The notes beneath the pieces were generated by a model that was not told where the DNA came from, searched no databases, and worked only from the letters and a program-made list of their open reading frames with translations. 64,000 nucleotides of DNA from Escherichia coli (GTDB lineage: Bacteria; Pseudomonadota; Gammaproteobacteria; Enterobacterales; Enterobacteriaceae), in the NCBI RefSeq assembly GCF_036507355.1, contig NZ_AP027877.1; one strand, given 5' to 3'. The position numbers were made by a program, and so were the translations under genes. Below are positions 11,823 to 22,985 of the stretch, in pieces; the first letter of the stretch is position 1; each line of letters begins with the position of its first letter.

Positions 11823-12218
11823 TTATGAGTGGTCATTAAAGGCATCCTTAATCCACTCAACCTCATTCCCGGTGAAGGCTACCACATCGAACCGGCAATC
11901 CACAGTATCAAAACTCCCATTATGACGCGCGAGCCACAAGCGGGCAGTCTGTAATAATTTGTGTTGTTTGCTGCGGGTCACACTGGCTGCCGCGCCGCCA
12001 TAAAGCGCAGAACGGCGGTAACGCACCTCGACAAAAACGGTGGTCCGGCCTTCACGCATTATCAGATCGATCTCGCCGCCACGCTCGTTCACGTTAGCGG
12101 CGACAAATCGCAGTCCTTTGCCTTCCAGCCAGCGACGCGCTTGTACTTCCCACGCATCGCCGGTCTGTTTGGTGGTTAACTGGCGGGGACTACCTGACCT
12201 TGTTGGTACTGTAGCCAT
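11823..12218 (-). CDS. yraN: UPF0102 protein YraN
   Basis: 131-aa ORF; synteny; overlaps the lpoA 3' end. Confidence 0.8.
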   Translation of the reverse strand: MATVPTRSGSPRQLTTKQTGDAWEVQARRWLEGKGLRFVAANVNERGGEIDLIMREGRTTVFVEVRYRRSALYGGAAASVTRSKQHKLLQTARLWLARHNGSFDTVDCRFDVVAFTGNEVEWIKDAFNDHS

Positions 12219-14212
12219 GATAACTTCCTGTTAATCACGCAATCCGGGTTAGCCGTCAGGCTTCCGGTATTACCGTTGATTTCAAAACCCTGAACCTGGC
12301 GCATTTGTGAGAAATGATTTGCCAGCGACCAGGCATCGACGCCCATCGCATACATGCGAGCCAGTGAATAATCGTTATTCACCGCGCTGAGTGCCTGCTG
12401 CATTAACGGTAGATTACCGCCTGCCAGCATCGGGGTTTCGCTGTACTGCAAGCCTTCCATCTCCAGACGGAAATCCGGGCCAGCGGTCCCTTGCGCACTG
12501 CGGGAGCTGGCGTACAGCGTTGCACCGCTCTGGCTACCGTTACGCATGGCGATCATCGGTTTAATAAAAGCGATTTCACCCGGCGTTGCCACAATGTACA
12601 CCGCATCGACACGACCGCCATTATTGGTGAACTGGTCATCGGTTGGCGTGGTTTGCAGCGTGGGATTGTTGGTCGTCATGCCGGAGTCGGTTGTCGCTCT
12701 GAGAGTAATCGGGCTACCCGTTAAAGCAATACCAGAACCGCCGTTAACACCCGCGCGTAATTCGCTGGTGGAACCAAATTTTTGTTGCAGAACGGTGCCG
12801 CCGCCCAGTTTCTGCCACTCTTGCGCAAACGCATTGGCTACGCGATCGCCCAATGAACTGCGTGGGATCAGCACCAGCGGCGCTTGTTTACCCTGGTCAC
12901 GAATATGACGCGCTGCATCGCGCGCTTCGTCTTCCGGTGAAAGCGCGAAGTAACAAATATTGACGCGATTTTCGATATTCTCCGGCTGGTTCAGTGCCAG
13001 TACGTTCAGCGGAGTGTTGCTCTTCAGCAACTCTTCAACGTTATTTTTCAGCAACGGACCGACCACAATACTCGCGCCATCCTGCTGAACCTGGCTTAAG
13101 ATCTGACTAAGTGGTTGTGATGAGGTATCGTAGATTTTCAGCTCTGCGGATGGATTTGCGGGTGCGCTTACCGCTGCGGTGCTTGTCGCCGGGGCGCTTA
13201 CAGGCACCGGCTGGGCTGCAGGCTGTTCACCGGTCAGATCGCTAACCGAGGCTTGTGCCGGGCTGGCAACGCCATCCACGGTTTGCGGTTGAGGTTGTTC
13301 TGCTACGTCTGCGGCAGGTGCGGCAGCTACCTGAGCTGCCACTGGCTGAGTGCCGATATTTTTCGCCGCTTCAAAGCCTTGCTGAATAGTGCGACCAAAT
13401 ACCGCTGCCTGGCCATTCAGTGGCAACAGCAGGGCGATTTTGTTGGTCGAGGCTGGTTTAAACGCTTTTACGTTAACCAACTGCGTTGGCAGCATTTTCG
13501 CGCCCGGGTTGTTCGGATAACGTTTCTGCCAGTCGGCGATCCCGGCTTTCATCATGTCGGGATCGTTACGGTTATCAAACCAGACGCGCTGCAGATCCAG
13601 CCAGCCTTGCAGAATATTTTCGTCGGCGTTGATCACCAGCGTATTCGCCTGTTCCTGAGTCATGGAGGAGAGCGCCTGCCAGGTGGCATCAATATTCTGC
13701 TGTTTTTCTTTCGCGCCAAGCAGCGGTTCCTGAGCAATTAACGCGCGCAGTAAATCAATGGAAGGACGCCCCTGGCTGGCATCGATTTTTGCCTGCCAGT
13801 AACGGGCTTGCTGGTTTTGTTCTAAATCGGCGGGTGTAATTTTCGCCAGCAAGTTTTGCGCGCCAGCAAAATCTTTCTGCGCCAGTTTAATCTCTACCGC
13901 CAGCAGTGTTTTCTCGCGACGCTGAGAATCGTTCAGTTCTTGCGGTAGTTGGTTAAACAACTCAACCGCCTGCCCGGTTTTACCTTCTTTCACCAGTGCA
14001 CGAATGGCGAGTAATTGCCAGTTGATCCTGGTATCATCAGAGCTTTGCTGCATCTGCTGAAGATAAAAGGCAGAATCAGCCTGCGCCGTGCCCTGCATAT
14101 AAGCAGTGGACTGATCGGGAGTATGGGTGCCACAACCGGCGAAAATCAGGGCTGCCAGAACAACAGGCAGACAACGCGCGGCTTTCAAACGAGAAAATGT
14201 TGAGGGTACCAT
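12176..14212 (-). CDS. lpoA: Penicillin-binding protein activator LpoA (YraM)
   Basis: ORF 12176..14242; start placed at [10 protein letters not shown]; lipobox AGC; Ala/Pro/Gln-rich linker. Confidence 0.88.
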   Translation of the reverse strand: MVPSTFSRLKAARCLPVVLAALIFAGCGTHTPDQSTAYMQGTAQADSAFYLQQMQQSSDDTRINWQLLAIRALVKEGKTGQAVELFNQLPQELNDSQRREKTLLAVEIKLAQKDFAGAQNLLAKITPADLEQNQQARYWQAKIDASQGRPSIDLLRALIAQEPLLGAKEKQQNIDATWQALSSMTQEQANTLVINADENILQGWLDLQRVWFDNRNDPDMMKAGIADWQKRYPNNPGAKMLPTQLVNVKAFKPASTNKIALLLPLNGQAAVFGRTIQQGFEAAKNIGTQPVAAQVAAAPAADVAEQPQPQTVDGVASPAQASVSDLTGEQPAAQPVPVSAPATSTAAVSAPANPSAELKIYDTSSQPLSQILSQVQQDGASIVVGPLLKNNVEELLKSNTPLNVLALNQPENIENRVNICYFALSPEDEARDAARHIRDQGKQAPLVLIPRSSLGDRVANAFAQEWQKLGGGTVLQQKFGSTSELRAGVNGGSGIALTGSPITLRATTDSGMTTNNPTLQTTPTDDQFTNNGGRVDAVYIVATPGEIAFIKPMIAMRNGSQSGATLYASSRSAQGTAGPDFRLEMEGLQYSETPMLAGGNLPLMQQALSAVNNDYSLARMYAMGVDAWSLANHFSQMRQVQGFEINGNTGSLTANPDCVINRKLSWLQYQQGQVVPAS

Positions 14213-14276
14213 AATGTATCCAGTGATATTTTTTTTACGCAATGCTCAATATTAAATCGGCAATACGGACGACACA

Positions 14277-15140
14277 ATGAAACAACACCAATCGGCGGAT
14301 AATTCTCAGGGCCAGCTTTACATTGTACCGACGCCAATCGGCAATCTGGCGGATATCACCCAGCGTGCGTTAGAGGTATTACAGGCCGTTGATCTGATTG
14401 CCGCCGAGGATACTCGTCACACCGGTTTATTGCTGCAACATTTTGGGATTAATGCCCGGTTGTTTGCGCTGCACGACCATAACGAACAACAAAAAGCCGA
14501 AACGCTGCTGGCGAAGCTGCAAGAGGGGCAAAACATTGCGCTGGTTTCCGATGCCGGAACGCCGCTAATTAACGATCCTGGCTACCATCTGGTGCGTACC
14601 TGCCGTGAAGCGGGGATTCGTGTGGTGCCGCTACCCGGACCGTGTGCTGCTATCACTGCGTTAAGCGCCGCGGGTTTACCCTCTGACCGTTTCTGTTACG
14701 AAGGCTTTTTACCTGCCAAATCAAAAGGCCGCCGTGATGCGCTAAAAGCCATTGAAGCGGAGCCACGCACGCTGATTTTTTATGAATCTACCCACCGTCT
14801 GTTAGATAGCCTGGAAGATATCGTTGCGGTATTAGGCGAATCCCGCTACGTGGTTCTGGCGCGTGAGCTGACCAAAACCTGGGAAACCATTCACGGCGCG
14901 CCCGTTGGCGAGCTGCTGGCGTGGGTAAAAGAAGATGAAAACCGTCGCAAAGGCGAAATGGTGCTGATTGTCGAAGGCCATAAAGCGCAGGAAGATGACC
15001 TGCCTGCTGATGCCCTGCGCACGCTGGCTCTGTTGCAGGCAGAACTGCCGCTGAAAAAAGCGGCGGCGCTGGCAGCAGAAATTCACGGCGTGAAGAAAAA
15101 TGCGCTGTATAAGTATGCGCTGGAGCAGCAGGGAGAGTGA
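14277..15140 (+). CDS. rsmI: 16S rRNA 2'-O-ribose C1402 methyltransferase RsmI (YraL)
   Basis: 287-aa ORF; recognised as RsmI; divergent from lpoA. Confidence 0.88.
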   Translation: MKQHQSADNSQGQLYIVPTPIGNLADITQRALEVLQAVDLIAAEDTRHTGLLLQHFGINARLFALHDHNEQQKAETLLAKLQEGQNIALVSDAGTPLINDPGYHLVRTCREAGIRVVPLPGPCAAITALSAAGLPSDRFCYEGFLPAKSKGRRDALKAIEAEPRTLIFYESTHRLLDSLEDIVAVLGESRYVVLARELTKTWETIHGAPVGELLAWVKEDENRRKGEMVLIVEGHKAQEDDLPADALRTLALLQAELPLKKAAALAAEIHGVKKNALYKYALEQQGE

Positions 15141-15151
15141 TATCTCTCCGT

Positions 15152-15177
15152 GGCCCCGTTTGAAGAACCCAGGGGCC
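15152..15177. terminator. Hairpin between convergent rsmI and the antitoxin gene
   Basis: Stem ggcccc/ggggcc with a 14-nt loop, lying in the 42-bp gap between the two stop codons. Confidence 0.4.
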
Positions 15178-15182
15178 GCCTG

Positions 15183-15485
15183 CTAAACAATTAGTCTTTT
15201 TAGTGAGCCGAACAGATCGATGCCGATAGCATTTGCATAGCTAAAAACAACATCTAATGTTGGTGAACTTTCTCCTTTTTCAAATTTACTCACCGCTTGT
15301 CGGGTAACACCAAGTTGCTTCGCCACGGCAGTTTGGCTCAGATTGAGGGCTTTGCGTTTTTCCACGAGTTGGGAAAGAACCGCTTTGCGTTGTACAACAA
15401 CATCAAGAGCATTAGCGGTTGCTTCGTCCTTAAGTAATTCTGTTTTCACGTCTTCCCAGTGATGTAACTCGTTATTTTTCTTCAT
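15183..15485 (-). CDS. XRE-family helix-turn-helix protein, putative HigA-like antitoxin
   Basis: 100-aa ORF with HTH signature LSQTAVAKQLGVTRQAVSKFEKGE; 23 bp downstream of the toxin-like gene on the same strand. Confidence 0.7.
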   Translation of the reverse strand: MKKNNELHHWEDVKTELLKDEATANALDVVVQRKAVLSQLVEKRKALNLSQTAVAKQLGVTRQAVSKFEKGESSPTLDVVFSYANAIGIDLFGSLKRLIV

Positions 15486-15508
15486 TTCTATTTCTCCTGG
15501 AGGCTTGC

Positions 15509-15868
15509 TTAGTTTGTCGAAAGTAAGGCCTTATAACGTGCTAAACCTAACTCGATGTTGGCTTTAGGCGTTTTGTTCGTTTTTTTAGCAAAGATATGTG
15601 TGATGACCCATAGCCCTTGATGAAAGTGAAAATAAAAACCCCTTAACCAATGGCTCTGACTATGTGTTTTAATTTCATACATATCCCCTTGAACTTTTTC
15701 GGTATTCACCAGGGAAGAGCAGGGACCTAACTCTTCGAAATCGTCAATAGCAGCAATGAATTCCGCTCGATCGATTGCACTAAGATCAAACAATTCCTTT
15801 CTGGCCACACTTAACAGCATGACTGGAAAATTTTTATCACGTTTTTTGTTAGTCTGATTTTTCACCAT
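15509..15868 (-). CDS. Gp49-like RelE/ParE-superfamily (HigB-like) toxin
   Basis: C-terminal segment FYFHFHQGLWVITHIFAKKTNKTPKANIELGLARY resembles the conserved Gp49-like toxin core as recalled. Start is ambiguous: the ORF extends to 15961 (150 aa); I favour the M32 start at 15868 (119 aa). Confidence 0.6.
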   Translation of the reverse strand: MVKNQTNKKRDKNFPVMLLSVARKELFDLSAIDRAEFIAAIDDFEELGPCSSLVNTEKVQGDMYEIKTHSQSHWLRGFYFHFHQGLWVITHIFAKKTNKTPKANIELGLARYKALLSTN

Positions 15869-15991
15869 CTTTTTGTCAACCTTTAGGTTTACATTGTGAT
15901 GACATAATAACGGAGGACGTTCATACTGAACCGGAACGAAGTGCTCAAAACTCATGAGCACTTTTCTTATTTTTCCGGGCTAAGGGGGATG

Positions 15992-16759
15992 TTAACGACG
16001 ACACATCTCATCAATCACGCATGTGAAATGGTTATGCAGCCATAAAAACGAAGCCGGGATAGCGGTGGAGACTTTAGCCGTGAGAAAACGTTCTGTCGCA
16101 TCCTGCTTTCCTTCGCCAGTCACCAGTAACAAAACTTCGCGGGCAGTGAGAATATCTTTCAAACCTAAGGTGATCCCCCGGGTAACGGGGCGACCTGCGG
16201 TTTTTAACATCTCATGTTGCTGTGTTCTGGCATCAAGTTGGCTGATATGGCAGGCCGGTTGCAGGCTTTCTCCCGGTTCGTTCAGCCCCAGATGACCGTT
16301 TTTCCCCAGCCCAAGCATGCACAAATCGATACCACCTTTGAGCGCAATCAGGTTCGTTACCCGCTCACACTCTGTCTCGTTAATATCTTCAGAGCGAAAG
16401 CTGATGAACTGGTCTTCACGTAGCCCCAGCGGCTGTACGATATGTTGTTGAAGGAAGGTTTCGCAAGTGCCGGGCAGAGTTAATGGCAGATCCACCCATT
16501 CATCGAGTTTGACGACGGTGAGCTGGCTGACATCAACGTGCTGCTGGTGGATTTTTTCTACCAGATAATGATACGTCAGTAATGGCGTGGCTCCGGTCGC
16601 CAGGCAAATCACGGCATCCGGTTTGCTACGGATCACGGCCAATAAATATTCGCTGGCACGTTCACTTAACGCCGTATAGTTTTCAACTTGCTGAAGGGTT
16701 TGCACAGGATGAAATTCCTTAAGTAAAGGGGCACCGCCAGACGCAGTGCCTCGTTCCAT
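15992..16759 (-). CDS. agaI: Putative galactosamine-6-phosphate deaminase/isomerase AgaI
   Basis: 255-aa ORF; NagB-like; last gene of the agaS-kbaY-agaBCDI operon. Confidence 0.85.
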   Translation of the reverse strand: MERGTASGGAPLLKEFHPVQTLQQVENYTALSERASEYLLAVIRSKPDAVICLATGATPLLTYHYLVEKIHQQHVDVSQLTVVKLDEWVDLPLTLPGTCETFLQQHIVQPLGLREDQFISFRSEDINETECERVTNLIALKGGIDLCMLGLGKNGHLGLNEPGESLQPACHISQLDARTQQHEMLKTAGRPVTRGITLGLKDILTAREVLLLVTGEGKQDATERFLTAKVSTAIPASFLWLHNHFTCVIDEMCRR

Positions 16760-17551
16760 TTACAAAATGCCGAATGCGGAACAAACAATAGAGAGCACAA
16801 AAGTCACGCCGATTAACAGCACCGGATGCGCTTTTTTCACCCGCAGGAAGTAATACATCAGCAGGGTGTAGGCCATCGGTAAAATGTTCGGGAAGACTTT
16901 ATCGAAGAAATCCTGTTGCAGCGCGACGCTGTGGGTACTGTCGATGGCAAACGATGTCACCACGTTAATATGCACATACGAAGCGATCAGCCCGCCGATT
17001 ACCGTGATCCCGAGGATGGTTGCCGAACGGGCAATCATCTGCGAGTTCTCTCGCACTTTATCGATCGCCTTCACGCCGACTGAATAACCAACGTGGGTCC
17101 AGCTGACGCGCAGGAAAAAGATAAGCAGGTAAACGGCGAAAAATAGAATCGGCCCCAGCAGGTTTCCCTGGCTGGCAAATGATGAGCAAATTCCCGCCAT
17201 AATCGGCAACAAAGTAAACCAGAAAATCGCATCGCCAATCCCGGCGATTGGGCCAAACAGTGCCACTTTGAGGCCTTTAATGGTGTCGCGGTTTTCTCCT
17301 TTTTCTTCCATCGAAATTAATAACCCCATCAGGAATCCGACCAGATTCGGGTGGGTATTAATAAATTCGAGGTTATCTTTCATCGCTGCGCTTAGGCCCG
17401 GTTTGTCATCCTTATAAATCTTTTTTAGGATCGGCAACATCGCCCAGGTAAAACCGCCCGCTTGCATCCTTTCGTAGTTAAAGCTCGCTTGCAGCAGCGA
17501 CGAACGAAAGCCCAGACGGGTGATATCTTTTTTACTGATTTCAGATCCCAT
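16760..17551 (-). CDS. agaD: PTS galactosamine-specific EIID component AgaD
   Basis: ORF 16760..17698; start placed at MGSEISKKDITRLGF (263 aa). Confidence 0.85.
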   Translation of the reverse strand: MGSEISKKDITRLGFRSSLLQASFNYERMQAGGFTWAMLPILKKIYKDDKPGLSAAMKDNLEFINTHPNLVGFLMGLLISMEEKGENRDTIKGLKVALFGPIAGIGDAIFWFTLLPIMAGICSSFASQGNLLGPILFFAVYLLIFFLRVSWTHVGYSVGVKAIDKVRENSQMIARSATILGITVIGGLIASYVHINVVTSFAIDSTHSVALQQDFFDKVFPNILPMAYTLLMYYFLRVKKAHPVLLIGVTFVLSIVCSAFGIL

Positions 17552-18344
17552 TGCTGTAGTCCTCTTCTTCATTTTTACTGGCAACGGGCTGCGGTTGCGC
17601 TTGCTGCCGGGATTTCGCATTGAAAAACTCATACACCGCAAAGCCTGCGCCCAGTACGGCAACCGGCAACAGGTTGCTGACCTGGATGTAGCAAACAAAC
17701 AGGAAACCGGCGATCAGGTAAGGGATATATTGCGCTTTGAACATTACGCGCAGCAGCAAGCCAAAACCAACGGCAGGCAGAATACCGCCAGCCACTTCAA
17801 AGCCGTGGGTCAACCAGGCGGGCATCGCTTTCACCAGCGCCTGCATCGCCCCTTGTGCCAGGTAAGTACAGAGGAAAGCAATCACCGCATATGCTGAAGC
17901 GACGATGAGCATCGTTGTCCAGTTAAGCCGGGAAAATGCTGCCGTATCCGCCTCTTTCGCGCATTTATCGGCTTTGGTCATAAATAATGAGAAAGCGGAA
18001 TAGAAGAACAGAATGACGTACTGCATTAACAAACTAAACGGTAGGCCAAGACCAATTGCCGTTTTGGCATCAACGCCCGTAGACCATGCAATGACGGTGG
18101 TCATCAGACCCGCCATAATAGGGTTGGGCGGCTGAACACCACCTGCAGGGGTTAATCCGGCGAAAGCCAACTCTGTCAGACCACCGGTAATTAAGCCAGT
18201 CTGAATATCACCGAGAATAGCGCCAGTTAGGGTACAAACGATTATCGGGCGGAATAAAAATAAGGCTTCCAGCCAAAAATCAATCCCCAGAACGAAAACT
18301 AACGCCGCCAGGGATAATCCCTGAAGTAGGGTTATTTCATGCAT
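17541..18344 (-). CDS. agaC: PTS galactosamine-specific EIIC component AgaC
   Basis: 267-aa hydrophobic ORF; mannose-family IIC. Confidence 0.85.
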   Translation of the reverse strand: MHEITLLQGLSLAALVFVLGIDFWLEALFLFRPIIVCTLTGAILGDIQTGLITGGLTELAFAGLTPAGGVQPPNPIMAGLMTTVIAWSTGVDAKTAIGLGLPFSLLMQYVILFFYSAFSLFMTKADKCAKEADTAAFSRLNWTTMLIVASAYAVIAFLCTYLAQGAMQALVKAMPAWLTHGFEVAGGILPAVGFGLLLRVMFKAQYIPYLIAGFLFVCYIQVSNLLPVAVLGAGFAVYEFFNAKSRQQAQPQPVASKNEEEDYSNGI

Positions 18345-18382
18345 TTTTATTACCTCAAACCAATATTAAGGCGATTTTAGAT

Positions 18383-18859
18383 TTAGTCAGGGATTTGTTC
18401 TTTTTGATCGCCAGGGACGTCCTGAATGAAAACATTCACGCCACGTTGTTTAATAAAACGTAAGTCCGTGAGATCCTGGTCATCGACATAAACTTTACTG
18501 CTGATTTGCTTTTTCCCTTCCGAGAAATGCATATTGCCGACGTTGACCTCTTTCAGGTCAATGCCACCTTCTACCAATTTACGTACCGTTTGTGGCGTAC
18601 GGCAAATCAGGAAGATCTTCTGATGCGGTGCAGCTTTGCCGATGACGTTAATGGTTTTTTCGATAGTAAAGAAACGAATGCCAAAGCCGTAGGTTTCTGC
18701 GGTAATACCCATTAATTTCTGTTGAATATCATCGTTAGCGACAACATCATCCACGACTACCAGCAGATTCGCACCGATGGTGGATGTCCAGGTCACGCCA
18801 ACCTGACCGTGAACCAGACGGTTATCAATACGGGTTAAGAGAATATTTGGACTGCTCAT
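18383..18859 (-). CDS. agaB: PTS galactosamine-specific EIIB component AgaB
   Basis: 158-aa ORF; mannose-family IIB N-terminus NILLTRIDNRLVHGQ. Confidence 0.85.
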   Translation of the reverse strand: MSSPNILLTRIDNRLVHGQVGVTWTSTIGANLLVVVDDVVANDDIQQKLMGITAETYGFGIRFFTIEKTINVIGKAAPHQKIFLICRTPQTVRKLVEGGIDLKEVNVGNMHFSEGKKQISSKVYVDDQDLTDLRFIKQRGVNVFIQDVPGDQKEQIPD

Positions 18860-19025
18860 TGTGTAATCCTCACCATAAAGTTGAATAATATAATTTTTTT
18901 AAATATATTATTGTTGCGATATTGTACTGATGTATTTATTAAGGTTTAGTCATCTCCTTTTCCATTAAGGCACTCCCCGATATTAATCGGGAAGTACATT
19001 GGGATAAATCATAAAAAACTAATGA

Positions 19026-19898
<873 letters not shown>

Positions 19899-21053
19899 TT
19901 ATGCCTGCCACGGATGAATGATTACGCCTTGCACCACGCGGTTAACGGTGCCACTGGCTGATGGGGTATCCGGCGTATTGCCCATGTGCAGCGACTGCAT
20001 CAGTGCAAACGTCTGGGCGTACATCAGGAAGCAAAATGCCTGCTCAACGTCGATAAAGTGACGTGACGGTGGCAGGATGATATGTGGACCGGCAGCGACG
20101 ATGTCGCTGCTTTCCGCGGCGATGGCGATTACACGCATTGCCTGGTTGTCACGGCGAAGTTCAGCCAGCAGATCAAGATCATACTGACGGGTGTAAGGGT
20201 GGCTGGAGACAAATACCACCACCAGCGTTTCGTCATCGACCAGCGATTTTGGTCCATGACGGAATCCGGTTGGAGAATCATAAAAGGCCGCCAGTTTACC
20301 CGCCGTCAGTTCCAGCACTTTCAGCGCCGACTCGCGTGCTGCGCCCTGTAAGCCACCGCTGCCGAGATAAACGATCCGTTTCCACGGTGCGTAACCAAAC
20401 ACACCTTCGCTGAAATCGCCCAGTGAGGTCAGTATCGCCTGGCAACGATCCGCCACGTCGCGGAAGGTTTGGCTGTTGATCGTCTCAGGTGCGAAAACCG
20501 CGAGGCAGCTGGCCATCATGGTGGTAATGCTGCTGGTCATCGCAAAGCCGCGATCGTGCGTTTCTGCGGGCATCAGCAGGGCAAACGCGTTATCGCTGTT
20601 GATCGCGTTTTGGTAAAGAGCGCCCGCTTCGTTGCAGGTGATCGGCAGGTGATAGCATTCCGGTACAAATTGATTTGCCAGTTCCACGGCTGCGACGCTT
20701 TCCGGGCTGTTGCCGGATCGACCGAAGGAGATCAACAGCAGCGGATGGGCTGGGTTCAGGTAGTCCATCGGATTAGTGACCAGATCGGTGGTCGGTACGG
20801 CGCTGAAGTTTTTACCGGTATGGCTGGCGAGCCACGGCGCGATGATGTCACCGATAAATGCTGAGGTTCCGGCTCCGGTCAGGATGATCCGCAGATTCTC
20901 TTTGCGCAGTAACGGTTCAAGGAAGTTATTAAGCGCGGAACGTAGCGCGTCGATGTTGGTGAGTGAACGGATCCATGCGCGAGGCTGTTGGCGGATCTCT
21001 TCTTCAGTCCATGTACCGGTTGCGGCGGCAGCAGGGGTGTAATTTTCTGGCAT
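19899..21053 (-). CDS. agaS: SIS-domain sugar isomerase/deaminase AgaS
   Basis: 384-aa ORF; recognised as AgaS. Confidence 0.85.
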   Translation of the reverse strand: MPENYTPAAAATGTWTEEEIRQQPRAWIRSLTNIDALRSALNNFLEPLLRKENLRIILTGAGTSAFIGDIIAPWLASHTGKNFSAVPTTDLVTNPMDYLNPAHPLLLISFGRSGNSPESVAAVELANQFVPECYHLPITCNEAGALYQNAINSDNAFALLMPAETHDRGFAMTSSITTMMASCLAVFAPETINSQTFRDVADRCQAILTSLGDFSEGVFGYAPWKRIVYLGSGGLQGAARESALKVLELTAGKLAAFYDSPTGFRHGPKSLVDDETLVVVFVSSHPYTRQYDLDLLAELRRDNQAMRVIAIAAESSDIVAAGPHIILPPSRHFIDVEQAFCFLMYAQTFALMQSLHMGNTPDTPSASGTVNRVVQGVIIHPWQA

Positions 21054-21084
21054 AACTCAATCCTTAGTCTGATGAACTTGACGT

Positions 21085-21260
21085 CGGGCGTTGTCGCTTT
21101 CGCTTACCTTTCGTTTCATTTCACTTGGTGATGTCTTTCGTTGATTAAAATCTATAGAAAAGAAACCGAAAGTTCAATGGAGAAAAAGGAAATAAAACGA
21201 AATCTGTGATCATTGAAAGAAAAGACAAGGGAAGATTAAAGAATTGCGTAATGACGTCGC
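21085..21260 (-). promoter_or_regulatory. agaS promoter region with AgaR operator-like CTTTCG/CGAAAG repeats
   Basis: Clustered motifs ctttcgcttacctttcgtttcatttcac, gtctttcgttga, aaccgaaagttc and aaaacgaaatc upstream of agaS. Confidence 0.45.
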
Positions 21261-21273
21261 TATGTTCACCGAT

Positions 21274-21327
21274 TGCCGGATGCGGCGTATCGTAGGTCGG
21301 ATAAGACGCGTTAGCGTCGCATCCGAC
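21274..21327. repeat. REP element between agaA and agaS
   Basis: gccggatgcggcgtatcgtaggtcggataagacgcgttagcgtcgcatccgaca. Confidence 0.7.
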
Positions 21328-21403
21328 ACCGCTGCACAGATCAAAACGAAAGAAAAAGAAAGGCCTTACGGGAGAAGTGAAGGCCCAATAATGGAGCAAA
21401 CCA

Positions 21404-22537
21404 TCAAAACGAAGCTAATTGACCCTGAATCCAGATTTGTTGCACATGCAGCCCGCTATCCAGCGCAACGACGCTGGCGCGTTTGCCCGGTTTAAGCGAT
21501 CCCAGAACACCATCAACACCCAGCATTCGCGCCGGATGCAGCGATGCCATATGAATGGCTTCCGCAGGCGTTACGCCCGTCAACTCGACCATATTGCGCA
21601 CTGCCGCATCAACAGACAGCGTACTGCCCGCCAGCCCACCGGACGCGGTACGGACAACGCCACCGTGCATCTGCACTTCTTCGCCACATAACGTATAGCG
21701 ACCATCCGGCATCCCGGCTGCCTGCATCGCGTCGGTGATCAGCACGATTCTCTCTTTCGCACAGCAACAACACAGCGACATCGCCGCCGGATGCACATGA
21801 TGACCATCGGCTATCAGTTCCAGCCAGGCGCGCTTGTCCGTTAATCCCGCGCCAACCATTCCCGGTTCGCGGTGATGTAAACCTGTCATCCCGTTATAGC
21901 AATGCACCAGGCCGTCGGCACCAGCATCAAACGCGGCGCGAGTTTGTTGCCAGGTCGCCGCGCTATGCCCCAGCATCACTCGTACGTTTTGCTGTTTAAG
22001 ATGGCGTATGGCCTGCAATGCCCCCTCTTTTTCCGGTGCCAGCGCTACCACGCGTAAGGTGTGCTGAGAAACGGCAATCAATTGATCCAGCTCGGCAATT
22101 TCCAGCTCGCGGAACAGCTCTGGGGGATGCGCGCCTTTATTCTGCGGCGTGAAGTACGGTCCTTCGAGATAACTCCCCAGCACTTGCGCACCAGGTCCGC
22201 CGCGTTGGCAACGTTGAGCAATACGTTTCAGCGCCGCATGAATGGTATTAAGCGGCGCGGTTACGGTGGTCGGTAACCAACTGCCGACACCTTCGCGTGC
22301 CTTGTGCATTGCCAGCTTGTCGAGTACATCCGGCGCGTCATCCATTACATCAACGCCCGCACCACCGTGTACATGGGTGTCGATGTAAGCAGGGCAGAGC
22401 AGTTCCGCATCGCGTTCAGTCACGCCCACTGGAATCGGTTCGATTGCTGCGATGACACCGTCAGCAATACGCAACTGATGGTCATCGAGCCATCCCTCTT
22501 CAGTCAGCAGCCTTCTGGCGCGCAGAACGTGTGTCAT
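21404..22537 (-). CDS. agaA: N-acetylgalactosamine-6-phosphate deacetylase AgaA, full length
   Basis: ORF 21404..22558; start placed at MTHVLRAR (377 aa); metal-dependent amidohydrolase. K-12 has this gene truncated. Confidence 0.85.
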   Translation of the reverse strand: MTHVLRARRLLTEEGWLDDHQLRIADGVIAAIEPIPVGVTERDAELLCPAYIDTHVHGGAGVDVMDDAPDVLDKLAMHKAREGVGSWLPTTVTAPLNTIHAALKRIAQRCQRGGPGAQVLGSYLEGPYFTPQNKGAHPPELFRELEIAELDQLIAVSQHTLRVVALAPEKEGALQAIRHLKQQNVRVMLGHSAATWQQTRAAFDAGADGLVHCYNGMTGLHHREPGMVGAGLTDKRAWLELIADGHHVHPAAMSLCCCCAKERIVLITDAMQAAGMPDGRYTLCGEEVQMHGGVVRTASGGLAGSTLSVDAAVRNMVELTGVTPAEAIHMASLHPARMLGVDGVLGSLKPGKRASVVALDSGLHVQQIWIQGQLASF

Positions 22538-22968
22538 ATCCCTTCCTCGACCGGACATTCTTCATGGCAGCGGTCTAACTCGTCCACCAGACTGGTCAGC
22601 CCACGATGTCCACACTCCAGCGCCTGTACACGGAATTCTTCACCGCTTAACCCTTCGCGCTCCAGCACCATCTCCAGTAGCAGTTGCAAATTGGTGCCGG
22701 TGATCACTTCACAGCCCGGTTTTTGCATCGCCAGCGTTGAAGCTACGCGAAACGGCGTGCCGCCCAGCAAATCCGTCAGAAAAACAATGCCGTCTTCACA
22801 ATCCAGTTGGGCGATGGCCTCTTCAAGCTGCGATGTAAGCAGCGCGGTGCTTGAGGTTTCCGGAAAATCGATGGCGATAAACTGCGATTGCTCACCGAGG
22901 ATTTGCTTCATTGCTTTTTCCATGCCACTGGCAAACCCGCCATGCCCTGTCAAAATAATACTTAACAT
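22534..22968 (-). CDS. agaF: PTS N-acetylgalactosamine-specific EIIA component AgaF
   Basis: 144-aa ORF; mannose-family IIA N-terminus LSIILTGHGGFASG. Gene absent from K-12. Confidence 0.8.
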   Translation of the reverse strand: MLSIILTGHGGFASGMEKAMKQILGEQSQFIAIDFPETSSTALLTSQLEEAIAQLDCEDGIVFLTDLLGGTPFRVASTLAMQKPGCEVITGTNLQLLLEMVLEREGLSGEEFRVQALECGHRGLTSLVDELDRCHEECPVEEGI

Positions 22969-22985
22969 CTAATACCTCATTGTAT

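Noticed and set aside
15869-15961. N-terminal 31-codon extension of the toxin-like ORF (MLMSFEHFVPVQYERPPLLCHHNVNLKVDKK)
   Set aside because: By my recollection of Gp49-like toxins the first strand begins near the M32 start, and the extension would leave almost no room for a promoter after agaI. It is not excluded, so the feature notes both possible ends.
15141-15991. Toxin-antitoxin pair as part of a mobile genomic island
   Set aside because: No integrase, transposase, tRNA attachment site or flanking direct repeats; both neighbours (rsmI, agaI) are core genes abutting the module.
18860-19025. AT-rich 166-bp gap between kbaY and agaB as a possible inserted element or small gene
   Set aside because: No ORF and no repeats; most simply an intra-operon spacer or internal promoter of the aga operon. 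It cannot be resolved further from sequence alone.
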